Below, piece by piece: positions 40,738-53,609 of a stretch of DNA of 64,000 nt. The stretch is from the NCBI RefSeq assembly GCF_037042905.1, contig NC_087251.1:22942001-23006000 (forward strand), given 5' to 3'. Below the pieces are notes generated by a model. The model saw nothing but the letters and a program-made list of their open reading frames with translations, was not told where the DNA came from and ran no database searches. Source of the DNA: Lytechinus pictus (lineage: Eukaryota). A program made the translations under genes and the position numbers. Every line of letters begins with the position of its first letter. The first letter of the stretch is position 1.

Positions 40738-42769
40738 ATTTTGCTCACTGAATGCGGTTCCTTCGAAACCATACCCTTGCCCACTTTGCCTGCCGCATTC
40801 ATTTTTTTCTACTTGTTCTACCAGCAAGCGAGCGACAGAAAATAAATTAATGGGGTCATATTGTACATCTTCATTTATATTGACAGAAAAACCTTGGTGT
40901 CCGAATATATGTTAATAGAAAAGGGAAGTTTGTTGCCTGAAAATCTTTTTTGAAGACTTCGTTGCGCAAGATCGAAGTTCCATATTGAGAACTGGCTCCA
41001 ATTACCTGCTTGACAAGCTTCGAGTGAAGTGCCCTAAGTATTTTTCGTTCTCTGGAATGCATATAGGACAAAATAAGAATATGATATGGGTGAAAGACCG
41101 GGCAAATTCTTTTCTCAAGTCATCTTTGAAGATACTCACGTTCTGTGAGTTGTGAAGTAATACATTTACGATAAAATCATAAACGAAATTAAAAACACAA
41201 ACCATAATTCTTCTTTAACAATCAATTACCGATAAAATCGATATCTGGTAAGTTAAAGTGCGCGAGAGCATAGTGACCGAGCACTTTTGGGTTTTCCCTT
41301 CATTCCCATTTATTGCCAGCAACTTTTCCATCGCTATTTTGAAGAATAACGAGGGTGAAAAAAAAAACAAGATAGAAATGTAAACAAACCAATATAGTAT
41401 TTCAAATGTTAAGTAGTAGAAAAATAAATAATGGGAAAAATAGTACTGAAAAATGAGTTTCTTTTCCATATCGCCGTTTGTCACTGTTCTTTAATCATCC
41501 CTTTCCCCCTACATTTTGACTATTTGGCTGATAGTGTTAAAATTGCCAACATGGGTTATTTGGAGCAGGGTACAAAGGGTCGACGATCCACAAATTTTTG
41601 GAAAAATTAATGGGTTTTTTTCTGATATCAAGTATGACAAACAGACTTGGCCCCCTTTTATCGGCGGCCCGCAAATTCCATTGACAGGAGATGGCCCTTT
41701 TTTAGAAAGGTCGGCCGCTTCCTTTTATTTGCCAATCAAAGAGATAGCAATGTCATGAGTGCCATGCTCCTCTTCGAAACCAGCTATAATCCATCATTTG
41801 GCAATTTAAGAGTTAAAACAATTTTTTCATTTTTATTCATGAGAGTCAGGTTTTTAAAATACCAAACGAAAATCACTTATTTGTCGAATAAATCACTAGA
41901 TTTCAAACAGTTTGATAACTTTCTTTTATTTCTGATATTATTTCTTTCATTCCTTCATTTAGATCTCTCTTTCTGTCCTTGCGTTTGTTCTTTCTTTATT
42001 TTTTTTTCTTTCTTGCCTTCTTTAGTTCTTTCTTCTTTTATTTTCTTTCTTTCTTTAATTCTTTCTTTCTTTCTTTTTTTCTCTTTCTTTCTTTATTTCT
42101 TTCTATTCTTTCTTTCCTTCGTTCTTTCTTTCGTGATTTTCGTCCTTTCCTTTATTTTCTTGCCCCGAGAAAAGGGATGGCCGATTCGCCCTCGTGGATA
42201 CACCACTGATGTGAAATGTATTGAGTTGTCCTAATTCCTGTGTTTTCTGTATTATATATATAGTTGGTTTGGGTGAGTGGGGTGTGCGGTTGTGTGCGTG
42301 TGTAGAGTCACTTATGAAGTATAAAATTGCATGGAAAAGGTGTATCTTTCGAGCCCTCAAAATTACATATTTGACCCTTAACACTTAAAATTTAACTAAA
42401 TTAAAAAGATGGGCAGGAGTTCTATAGAGCATAATACCCACGCTAAAATACACAAAACATTAATATGACAAAACCAGTTTTCGGGTTGTGTTATATTGAC
42501 TTAAAATCGTCAATTTTCAACGCGATCTATCAGAGCCATCTGTAGCCCATCTGTCTGTAAATATGTAATCATAATTGAAATACTCGTCTGCGAGTTGACA
42601 AAACGAAACCAATCCCTGTACTTGTACTTTAATGCACGATGTATAGGGAAACTGAATGCCCATAGCGCAACAATTTTTCTAGCTGCGCATAACCCGATGG
42701 TTCAAATGAAATAAATTTAGTAGCAAAGATGCATAAGAGACCCTATACTAGCAGGTCATGAAAGCTTTT

Positions 42770-43046
42770 AATAATATAATAATATAGGGTATTTATATTG
42801 CGCACATATCCACCTTGTTAGGTGCTCAAGGCGCTCCTATATTACCCGGCTAAGCTAGGCGTTCATAGCGCACACAGCTTTTTAAGGAATTACTTCCTAC
42901 CGGTACCCATTTACCTCACCTGGGTTGAGTGCAGCACACTGTGGATCAGTTTCTTGCTGAAGGAAATTACGCCATGGCTGGGATTCGAACCCACGACCCT
43001 CTGTTTCAAAGTCCGAAGACTAATCCACTGGGCCACAACGCTCCAC
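42770..43046 (-). mobile_element. Full-length tRNA-derived SINE
   Basis: Minus strand GTGGAGCGTTGTGGCCCAGTGG (A box)...GGGTTCGAATCCC (B box), non-tRNA body, TATTA-type tail. Confidence 0.85.
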
Positions 43047-43237
43047 GTTTTGACGCATAAAATAGTATTCTCAAACTCTGCGCTTTAGAATCACATAGAC
43101 TTTGTGTGGCATTGGGTGTTCTAATAATTGTGGCCAACACTATATATACATGTATATCACATATGTTAACAAATGTGGAACCAAAATATTAAATATTATA
43201 TAGCAAGAAAATTATTATTTCACAATATTTTGAAAGT

Positions 43238-44355
43238 TACACACTGAATGCAAAAGAGCTATTCTGGTCCTAAACACACTCCTCTCAGAGTGAGACGAGC
43301 AACCAGTCGTTTTTGAAAGCTTTTGACGCATAAAATAGTATTCAAAATGTACTCTCAATCATCTAGAATGCATTATACAGTGCGTCCCACATAAAACGAA
43401 ACCGAGATTAATCAATGAATTATCATAACTTAATCACAAATACAATAGACAAATGACCTACCATTGTAAAGCTTAGAATCTCCTCTTTTATCTGAAATTA
43501 CTTGGGTTATTTCGCATTCACGCATGAGTGAGCAAAAACAATTTGAAGAGTGGATACCAAAAAGTCATTTGGCGGGCTGTATCTGGGTTTCAAATCGAAA
43601 ACCACATTTTAAAAAAGTTCAATATCTGCTCTTTAATTTGATACCTCAATTACAGAAAATGGTAAAGAAATAACAAAATTCTGGTTATTTGAAATAAGGC
43701 ATGAATTTCAATAATTTCATAAAATGAAGAGGTTTTACAGGCTAGCGTTCAAACTCACTCGACACTCCGTTTTGTTGACGATCAGCCATGCATTAAGTCT
43801 TTCGTTAACCATGCGATAGCTTCTGTGGGAAAACGGTGAAAACACGTTTATTTAATGAAATTATGGAAATACAAGCATTGTTTCGAGGGAACATAACTTT
43901 TTTACTTCTCGACCATTTTTTGTGATTAAGGTATCAAATAAAAGAGCAGATATTGAACTTTTTAGGCATGTGATTTTCTTTTTGAAATTCAGATACCCCT
44001 CGCCAAATGAGTTTTGGGTATCCTTTCTTCAAATTGTTTTTGCTCACTCATGCGTGAATGAGGATTAATCTAAGTAATATCAGATGAAAGAGGAGATTCT
44101 AAGCTTTACATTGATAGGTCATTTGTCTTTTGTATTTATGAATAAGTTATGATAAATCATCGCTAAATCTTGGTTTCGTTTTTTGTGGGGCGCACAGTAT
44201 AGCTCCTCCTAGAGTTAAAATGTCTAAAAATATACACTGTTCACTCCAGAAGTACCTATAGCGCACTCTCAAAATTTGTTAATCCCACTATAAAATGACT
44301 GTTCCCTCGTCTCACTCTGAGAGGAGTGTGATAGCACTTTTGCATTTAGAGTGTA
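43238..44355. mobile_element. CAC-terminal, TA-flanked MITE hosting a nested insertion
   Basis: TACACACTGAATGCAAAAG...CTTTTGCATTTAGAGTGTA termini; perfect 25-bp inverted pair 43275-43299 / 44306-44330. Confidence 0.7.
43376..44199. mobile_element. Tc1/mariner-like non-autonomous element (TA TSD)
   Basis: TA-CAGTGCGTCCCAC..AAAACGAAACCGAGAT terminus with long inverted arms; second copy 54600-56383. Confidence 0.85.
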
Positions 44356-46448
44356 CATTTTTCTTACTTTTTTATTGACGTTTGGTTATTTACATGGGAG
44401 GACTATAATGGAGATGAAAGAATAAGATTCAAGAGAGTATCTTTGCATTTTGGGCCAAAAACCGGGCTCTACAATGGGTTTGTGGAAAAAAAAAACTCTG
44501 AAAAATTAACACCATTTACATGTAAGGGAATGAAGTGTCAGGGTGGAAAAAGATACACACTTGAAGGGTAAATCTTCAAACTTCCTGGTGGAGTGTGGGT
44601 CACAAGGGTAAAGTGAATGTATCAATTGTGTTGGTACGTCTGACAATATTTGCTATAATATAATGATGGTAATTACTGGAGATGATTTTACTGTGCAGTA
44701 CTCCAGTTCTAGCTCTATAGCCAAGTGTATATCTAATCAGCTATATCTGCTGAACGGACGTGGATCCGGTTGCAAATTTCTCGCCATGTCGTGACTCGTG
44801 GCGCTGGTGACCGAAACCGGGGCCGCAACGCCCTTGCTTTTCCCTCCCAGGCAAATAAATGGAGCGGAAAGAGAAAGACGAGAAAGAATGTTAATTTTGT
44901 TAAATAGTGGCATCGCATTTTGTAATATAAGGATTTCCATCGAAATCTCTTGACTTTGTGAAAAGTTTGATATTTTCCTATGCAAAGGAAAAGACAAATG
45001 AATCTTTTTGGTTCGCTCACTGCAACATTTCTTAGCAGTACATCATATTATCAATAGATGATCGATCTCATTTTCCTCACTGCAACTCTTTGATTTAATG
45101 AATATGTTTTGATATTATCTTCAGTGAAATATTGGGCAGTGTGTACACTCCAATAAACATCAGATAATAATCACAATATCGTCTTTGCTGTTCCGCCTAT
45201 TAACAAGAATACATTGTGTCCATAGATCCTTCTTTGTATCTACCTGGAGCTCCGTGAGAAGTATTTTTTCATGTTTAAATCTGTCCCCAAGACCTATATT
45301 TTTCCGTAATGACGATTTTATGTACCAGATTTCGTTGTAAATAATCTATTTATTTTGTATTGATGTGATTAAGTATAGTTTGTATGGAATAATGCATCGG
45401 TCATAACCCACCGTGAACCTCCGTAAGATGTGATCTGCGGCGGGAAAAGCCATATAATGTAATAATTACAATTTGCGCATGAGAAGATGAAGGCCATTGG
45501 CGCTTTTCAGGATCGTGTTTTTTTAATGATTGGGATACGCAGGATAATTCATATGTTAGTTTAAAATATGTTTGTTAACCCTATTCAAAGAATAGAAACA
45601 AAGCGTTCAGCCATGTTTTGTATTTAGTAACGAGCCAAATGACAGCCAATTAGTTTAAAATCAACAATGTAGTCACAGCTTCCCGATTTAAAATAAACCT
45701 AACCTACACGCATGACAAATCGTGTAACCTGACCTATTCGGTGATTCTTTTAATAGACCTGAATATTGCAGAGCAGGCAAGTTTACTTAGCATCCTCTTT
45801 TAAAATATTAATTATAGTTGAGTACCTAGTGTAGTAGCTTTCACGGTACACCATGTATCTTCCCTGGGCAATTGTTGGTCCTGAAAAGGACCACCCAAAC
45901 TCAACGATTCGAAAAGTGTGTTTTGTCGTCTTCAGAGCTCCTGAAGACGACAAGATCACACTTGTCGAGCTACGATGGGCCTTTTTGTACACTATTCTTC
46001 TTCGTCATGGAAACCTTCATAAGTTAATTGAGTACCTATCATATTGAAATAAAAAGAAAGGTCATTTGCCAAACGTTGCTCTAGAGCTAATTACCAAATG
46101 ACTCGATTTTGGAAAATCCTTGCGACGCATGCACAGGCATTTTTGTAAATTAAGCACGAATTAGCACAAATAACACATAAGATGGCTGAGTGTTGGACAC
46201 GTGAAGTTATATTTTGACAATCGCTGGATCGTGCACATACGTTTAACTAGGTCTATATTTATTTTAATAATGCGTGATGAACATCCCGTATTCATCTATT
46301 CAGAAAAATTCGGTTTAGAAATAGTATGATAGTTTAATTTCTTAAGTAAAGAGTGATTATGCCATTGATAATAATATATTTTTGTTTCTGTTTTTCTTAA
46401 GATTCTATAACTCAGCCATTGGCTGCGAATCAATTTTCAATAAACAAT

Positions 46449-46732
46449 TACACACTATGAAATAAAGGTTCAAAATTGAACCCCGAAAGGTTGATGCAAA
46501 ATCAGCACCCTATGGGTTCAAAAATTGAACCCCTGGTTGGGGTTCATTTTTGCACCCTGCGGGTTCAAAACTGCACCCCTAGGGGTTCAATTTAAAATTT
46601 AGGGGTGCAGTTTCGAACCCGCAGGGTGCAAAAATTAACCCCAACCAGGGGTTCAATTTTTGAACCCATAGGGTGCTGATTTTGTATCAACCTTTCGGGG
46701 TTCAATTTTGAACCTTTATATCTTAGTGTGTA
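46449..46732. mobile_element. Near-perfect foldback MITE built from GGGTTCAA/TTGAACCC subrepeats
   Basis: TACACACTA...TAGTGTGTA termini; ~130-bp arms almost fully complementary. Confidence 0.9.
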
Positions 46733-46951
46733 CCATTGCCCGCAGTCTTTTGATGCGTATCAGTCTATCATGTTAAATTTTCTTAAGTACAATTAAATAA
46801 TTCAGAAGAGATGAATGAAACAGAGTGACAAAGAAAAAGGGACAAAGGGGAGAGGAGAAAGAAGAAAAGGGGAAATGGAATGGTAGGGGAGGGGGTTGGA
46901 GAAAAAATAATGTTTTTATATTTTATTTCAGGATTTCAAAGGATAACAAGT

Positions 46952-47000
46952 ATGCGGGTTTGCAACATGATTGGTGCGGTCCTAATCTTCATCATAATAG
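46952..47000 (+). CDS. Gene 3 signal-peptide exon MRVCNMIGAVLIFIII (exon starts 46932)
   Basis: TTTCAG acceptor ending 46931, ATG 46952, hydrophobic core, TAG|GTCAGT donor, phase 1. Confidence 0.8.
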
Positions 47001-47770
47001 GTCAGTGTTCAGTTTCTCGTCGGATTGTGAAATTAAAAAAGAAATCAATATCACATTCCTATCAATTGCGTTTTCAGAAACACATCATACAAGATTCACA
47101 ATGCGAGTTCTCATATATACTTATGAAAAGAAATAGGCCTCTATGTACAAAGCAGTATCGTCCATTAATAAACAATATAAAATAAATTAAACCCTAACGA
47201 TTTCTTTAAGGCATTGGCAAGTTAACAAGAATGTAATGTTTCCAGAAAGCAGAGAGTCCATATCTTTATTATTTAACAAATCATAAACCCAGAGCGAACT
47301 CAAATTTCATGGATTTAAAAAGAGGAGAATTACAAGGTAACTCACGATAATTTCCCCCTTGATGAATATCATTAGCATTGTATATTAAGAACGAGAATAG
47401 GGCTTATGTTATAAGCTCGTATCATTAATGTTTCAAGATATAAATTTATGATAGTCACAGGTGAAAGTTTGATAAAACACATTTACATCAGTTTATTGCC
47501 TCTTTTTTACACGCAAATTCCTACTGACTTTCGTCAGGCGGCAAAAAGGAATTGTTCGAAACGTTTTCTCATTTGTTTACCAAAATAGGTCAATTAGATT
47601 AAAAAGAAAACAACATCGCCAAGACACCTCATAGGGTGGACGATTTAACAATTAGGAATTATTATTTCATGCTACGTCAATATCATGCTTGATCTTAAAA
47701 GTAAATTGTTTCATATTCAATACAAGATTAAACATATTTCCTTCTCGTTTTCTTCATCTTTTGTCTGCAG

Positions 47771-47794
47771 GATTCGAAGGGATCGATGGTGCAG
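47771..47794 (+). CDS. Gene 3 24-nt microexon GFEGIDGA (signal peptide c-region)
   Basis: Long pyrimidine tract + CTGCAG acceptor, CAG|GTAATA donor, phase 1-1. Confidence 0.8.
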
Positions 47795-48248
47795 GTAATA
47801 GAACTCTCATTTATTTATGTATTTGTTTATTGTTTACTGTCTGCTTCAAGCAAATATCATGCTTGAGGGAGTATACCAGTAATGCAGAGAAGAAACACAA
47901 ACCGAAGGGGAGTCACCCTTGAGCTCGTATACACGCTTAAAGTGTTGGGCAACATGCTGTCCACTTAATGTATGTTGGTAAATATATATATATATATATA
48001 TATATTCCGGCAATCATTATCCAATTGAGCAAATTTATTACTCAATTATTAGTTTTTATTACCCAATATGGGCTGATTTTAACCAATAGTTGTGAGGACA
48101 TTAGGTTGCCCAGGGTTGGTTAATAGTTGGGCATTTCTTGCCCGACTATTTTAAAAGTTTTAAAAATAACATTTATTGTAATGGATAGATTTAGAAAAAT
48201 AGAATCAATGTTCTTTTTCCATCAGAGTATAGTATAGTATTGTCGTAC

Positions 48249-48840
48249 TTAAAGGAGAATGAAACCCTTGAAACCAGCTGAATCCATATCAAAGAGAAAA
48301 ATCAAAGAAACATATTGTTGAAAGTTTGAGGAAGATTGAATGAATAATAAGAAAGTTATGAGCATTTGAATATTGAGATCACTAATGCCATGTAGATCCT
48401 CCCTTTGGCAATGCGACCAAGATCTGTGATGTCACACACGTACAACTCCCTCATTACTTTAGTACTTATTTCACTTATATTCTCACTTTTATATAGTCTA
48501 TCACAAGGTGAGGTGTTCTCTTTATGAGAGGACAAGTACAGAGGTTTCACAACATTATATAATTGATGAATCGTTTGTCATATGGTTAGAATGAGCAAAA
48601 CGAGATGTTTTGGGGTATATTTTCAGTGTCCAAAAGGGGAGAGTTGTTCATCTGTGACATCATAGATCTTGGTCGCATTGCCAATGGGAGGATCTCCATA
48701 GCATTAGTGATCTCGACATTCAAATGCTCATAACTCTTCTATTGCTAGTCCTATTTTACTCAAACTTTTGTTGATCTCATTCTTTGATTTTTCTGCTTTC
48801 ACAAAAGCTAACTTGCTCCAAGAGTTTCATTCTCCTTTAA
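48249..48840. mobile_element. Kolobok-like MITE family B, second copy
   Basis: TTAA-AGGAGAATGAAAC...GTTTCATTCTCCT-TTAA. Confidence 0.85.
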
Positions 48841-49308
48841 GCCAAAAATGTGTAGGGTCCTAGGAACACGTATTAAAGAAGTGTCGTGGTGAACAATGTT
48901 ACAATTTTACATGACAAAGGGAGATTAAATGCGTTCTTAAAAAGTATATATTGGTGCTTAGGATGAGTACTATAACAGATGTCTAGTCGATCTCTGATTT
49001 GGAAAAAAATGCAGCCTTCCTCGTTCTGTGTCTCCAAATCCTTGAGCATGGTAAACGCATTGAAAATGCAAGTGAAATCACAAGGAAAAGCTGGGAAGTG
49101 TTTGTAGAAAATGAGTGAATTGGAACAGCAGTTCCGTCCTGCCTTTCGGAGCTGACGAAAAATCGAAATATGTTGTTTGTCCAGAGTCCAGGACGGAACT
49201 GCTGTTTCAATTCTCCAACCCGACAAAGACTTCATTGTGATAAAGGGCATTTGACAATACATTATATATGTTCCCAAACGCGTTCTGCGTCATTATCTCT
49301 CTTTGTAG

Positions 49309-49407
49309 TTAACTGTACTGCCAGTAATCCTTGTCTGAACGGAGGAACATGTATGAACGAAACGTGTTCATGCGTCGATGGATTTACTGGAGACACGTGT
49401 CAGACAG
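49309..49407 (+). CDS. Gene 3 EGF exon 1: NCTASNPCLNGGTCMNETCSCVDGFTGDTCQT
   Basis: TGTAG acceptor, CAG|GTACTA donor, 99 nt, phase 1-1, six-Cys EGF spacing. Confidence 0.9.
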
Positions 49408-50165
49408 GTACTAACTATAATATTGATTAAAATTCTGTGTAGCATAATATGTATATGGATAATCTTTCATATTGCTTAAATTTTCAAGGTTTCATTTACC
49501 CTTTTTTTTAACTTGTTACATCTGATACAACCATGTGAAAATAGCAGAACCTACCAAAATCCGTTGTTTTGTTTTGGACTACCACAACAGTCATTTTACT
49601 CCAGTGTTCTTTTTTGTGCTTATTAATCATCTATGGGCGTTAGGTCAATATCTTTGGATGTTATTTTTTCATTCAATGGTGTTGTGTTAAATCAATAGGA
49701 TGTAAGTTTAACACTTCAGAGTGTGGTCCTGTAGGGAAACTAACTGGTGCCAGTTTCAACACCAAGCTCTTACAGTGTACAGTGTAAGATTCGAATTAAG
49801 AGGATTAGGTAGAATAAACCATATCGGGCCTACCTTGCATTAAAAAGGAGATTTATATCTTGATTTATTGAAGCACATCCAGATTGAATGTATTATTTTA
49901 ATTATTATTTTAATCATTATTTTAACAACAAAAGAGAATATCGAATTTTTTTCTCAATCATAAAACATATTATTTCAGATATGAATTCATACTTCTTAGC
50001 GTTTCGTATAGTTTGTATATTTTTTCTGCTTATGTTGAGGCACAGGCGCTCTCAGCACTTTAATGATTAGGACCAATTTTCTTTTTGATGTAATACCAAC
50101 TTATACAACAAGGAAGTAGAGGAATGTTTTATTTTTATTCGTACCATCTCTATCTCTCTCTCTAG

Positions 50166-50264
50166 TTAACTGTACTGCTGGCAACCCTTGTCTGAATGAA
50201 GGTACCTGTGAGAACGACACCTGTTCATGTTTTGCGGGATTGACTGGAGATCTTTGTGAAACAA
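50166..50264 (+). CDS. Gene 3 EGF exon 2: NCTAGNPCLNEGTCENDTCSCFAGLTGDLCET
   Basis: TCTAG acceptor, A|GTATGA donor, 99 nt, phase 1-1. Confidence 0.9.
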
Positions 50265-50626
50265 GTATGAAGTTTTATTAAAATAAGTGGCTATTGGTGT
50301 TTTGTATAGACACCAATTTAACCCCTAAGGGAGTGCGATATTTTTGAGGATTGATGATGGCCTCTTCTTTATATTGCATTACCCCCTAATTTTCACATCC
50401 CTTAGCACATGAATTCATACTTGTGTCCCGTGTAAATCATAATTCGTCTTTTTCGTAATATAAAAATTGGTATGCACTCTCAATTTTGGTTAGGATCAAT
50501 TTCGTTTAGTTGTAATAACTTCGAAGGAACTATATAATTAAATTAAAGGTTAATTTATACGATCTCCCTTTCTGTCTCCTTGTTCTTTCTCTCATTCTCT
50601 CTTATTCTATCTCTTTCTCTCTCTAG

Positions 50627-50725
50627 TTAACTGTACTGCTGGCAGTCCTTGTATGAACGGAGCTACCTGTGAGAACGACACGTGTTCATGTTCTGCGGGA
50701 TTGACTGGAGATCTGTGTGAAATAA
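50627..50725 (+). CDS. Gene 3 EGF exon 3: NCTAGSPCMNGATCENDTCSCSAGLTGDLCEI
   Basis: TCTAG acceptor, A|GTATGA donor, 99 nt. Confidence 0.9.
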
Positions 50726-51199
50726 GTATGAAGTTCTTAACCTTTATATAATGAGTGGCTGTGTGTGGTTTTCCATACGTTATGGTCGTCTTTGCCAGCG
50801 AAGGACGAACATCATCATCCCTGTTTGACCCAAGTGATAAAGACTTCCTACCAAACATAGATTGTCTGCAATTTATCAAACACCTTGTTATATGTTAGGT
50901 CTTAATCATTTCAATTAACACCCAAGGAATTGTTTTTACGATGATGATGGCCTCTTTTCTTACATTGCATTTGCCCCCTCACATACACATCCACATGAAT
51001 TGCCCCACGTAACTCATAATGTGTCTTTCTTGTAATATTAAAGTCGTATGCACTCTGAAAAACAATTGGTTCGGATCAATTTCCTGAAGCCATTATGACT
51101 TAATTTTAACAATATAAGGAAATGAAAAGGTGATATCAACGATGTCTCTTGTTGTCTCCCCGTTCTTTTCTCATCCTTTCTCTTGCTATCTCTATTTAG

Positions 51200-51298
51200 T
51201 TAGCTGTACTGATGGCGACCCTTGTATGAACACAGGTACCTGTGAGAACGACACGTGTTCATGTTCTGCGGGATTCTCTGGAGATTTGTGTGAAACAA
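51200..51298 (+). CDS. Gene 3 EGF exon 4: SCTDGDPCMNTGTCENDTCSCSAGFSGDLCET
   Basis: TTTAG acceptor, A|GTATGA donor, 99 nt. Confidence 0.9.
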
Positions 51299-52189
51299 GT
51301 ATGAAGTTCCAGCACACTTTATTGAAATGAGCGGCAGCGGCTATGTGTGTTTTCCCTAGTTAATTTGTAGTGTTTAACCAGGAAGTTGTGAGGAATGAGC
51401 TGAAACTCATTTAATTCATGAAAAAAATATTCATGGGTCTTAAAGCATGATAATGAGATTCGTAACATTCCACTTAAATTTCAAAGTTCCATGCGGCTGG
51501 ACGCCCAGAACGTGTTTTTAATGTTTAAAAGTATTGATCAAATAGCAATATAAATCACAAAGCTCATGAATGGTTTAAGTTAGAAATAGGGCACCGAACT
51601 AATCTCTCAAATTTAGCACTAAACCAGTGTTGAATAAAGGGAAATTGATATTTGAGTGCGTTAATCATTTGCGCACATGTTATTCTCCTGTCATTTAACC
51701 TACGATTTACAATACTCGATATAAAATACTTTGATTGTGCGTGTTTCCACATGCATTTTACTTTAGCAGTTTAAAATAGTATGAAAATTAAATAGACTGC
51801 GATTACGAATAACACGCATTACACATTCAACTATTAATAAGGATATTGTTAACATAGTAATCAAACAGTTGCCGAGATACGATATTCTATTTTGCGAGTT
51901 TTAAACACTTGTTTATCATGCGTTGTAATAGCTAATCAGCTGGTTTACAGATGCAGATTAGCGCGAAACTTATTGGTGGTGTCAAGAATGGGATCAAAGG
52001 AAAGTAGCTCGACTCCGCTTCTTCCTTACATCTCCCTTTTTCAACCCATCAGATAAGAAAGAAACATAAATCAGAAGTATACGAAGAAATTCATTGAGCT
52101 GCAGCAAAGTTAATTCAATAGATGAATCCGTATTCTTCGATGTAATACGTCGTCTTCCAAAATTCAAATTGCTGATCCTAATGCAAAAG

Positions 52190-52630
52190 AAATTCGGCAA
52201 AAATTACCTCCAAAATTTCAATTGCACACTTCAGTCTTCTTCAGGGATATGACCCGACTGATCTTCGCCGGAAGTGACGTAGCGGCAAAGAATTGGGTCA
52301 TAAACTCTTGGAAGGTTTTATCGGCCCCCGTCACGATTCAGCGAAGGTTTGTGCGCCTTATGTAGATGGCTTCATTCACTCCTCTCTCAAACCATCTATC
52401 CTCCCTGTCTAAGATCTCCTCCTTGTCGAGGTCCAGGGTATTTCCCGGCGATTCAATACGAATGTGCTGAGAAACTTCCGACACGGAACTCGGGCGACGT
52501 TTCTCCCATGTAGGATTTTTTGCCTACACCACTGGCAGTTATTACTTGGCAAGGGATCCTATATATCACTCCAGTAAGGTTCTTCTTTTCAGTCTTGTCT
52601 CTGGGAACTACAAGGAACCGGTTCAAACCA
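52190..52630 (-). mobile_element. Penelope-like retroelement 3' fragment (GIY-YIG endonuclease end)
   Basis: Minus-strand FLVVPRDK...GVIYRIPC...SYMGET, then after frameshifts ILDREDRWFERGVNEAIYIR and KPSLNRDGGR, characteristic of the PLE GIY-YIG C-terminus. Confidence 0.85.
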
Positions 52631-52665
52631 ACTAGAACATATGAGTTCACTATCTCTCTTTGTAT

Positions 52666-52767
52666 TTAACTGTACTGCCGGAAATCCTTGTCTCAACGGA
52701 GGTACATGTGCTGCGAGTGATACGTGTACATGTATTACTGGATTTACTGGAGACACGTGTCAAACGG
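52666..52767 (+). pseudogene. Gene 3 EGF pseudo-exon 5 (102 nt): NCTAGNPCLNGGTCAASDTCTCITGFTGDTCQT
   Basis: Frame open and donor GTACCA intact, but the acceptor reads TGTAT instead of TGTAG (52664-52665). Confidence 0.8.
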
Positions 52768-52941
52768 GTACCAACTTAAATATTGATACAAAATTCTGCG
52801 ATGTATAATATGTAATATCTTACTCAAGGTTTCTTTTACGATATTTCCATTTGTTTCTTTGATACAACCACGTGAATCAAACAGTTTTCATTGGTGTACT
52901 GACGACCACAGTCATCTTACTTTTGTGTTCCCTTTTTAATG

Positions 52942-53609
52942 TTGACCCTTATAATACTAGGGGGCTGAAAGAGACCCCTCAAAACTTTTCCAATAACTCT
53001 GTAACGCGAAAATCGGGAGCCATACAGTGGATTTTCCTTCAAGTCTTGCGCAACTTTTGAGACCAAATTAGGGATCCCCGGGTACGCCGCCTGAAATTAC
53101 ACATTTCGTAAGTACATGTCAGAACCAAAATTGCTCAAAACGTGAATTTGTGTACAAATCCAATGCAATTTGTGTTTTGAAGCCAAAGATCTTATATAAA
53201 TATTTTTGCTTCACCTGTTTAAACCGTGTATGGTCAGAATAAACTCGCTAACAATTCCCATGGAAACAAAAAAGACAAAAAAATGACAAAAACAAAGAAA
53301 CACATTAGAAAAAAATTGTGATATTGAATTTTTAAAAGCACATTTGATAGGAGTCCTAAAAAGAGTCTGCGAAGAAATATATCAATGGGGGGATGCTCAT
53401 TTAGTTAATTAGATTTGATTTGATTTTACTAATAGATTAGCGTAATTAGTAAGTATTGATATTTTCGAAAAATGTGATCTTACAGTTTTCTAGATTATGC
53501 CATGGGTAACGCGCGTGCCGATTTTAGTGGTTGACGGCCGAGATATTAAGGGGGATGAGCCCAGTACCGTCTTCCTTAATTGGCGCCAAAATAGGCTTTT
53601 TAGTGTTAA
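52942..53609. mobile_element. piggyBac-like (TTAA, CCCT-terminal) MITE, degenerate
   Basis: TTGA-CCCT...AGTG-TTAA; absent from the paralogous intron after EGF exon 1 (about 49620). Confidence 0.55.

Noticed and set aside
41647..42234. 195-aa F/L/S-rich ORF
   Set aside because: Translation of a CT-rich low-complexity tract inside repeat-derived sequence
42970..43046. Possible tRNA gene on the minus strand
   Set aside because: Acceptor stem does not pair; it is the head of a SINE with a second partial copy at 37864
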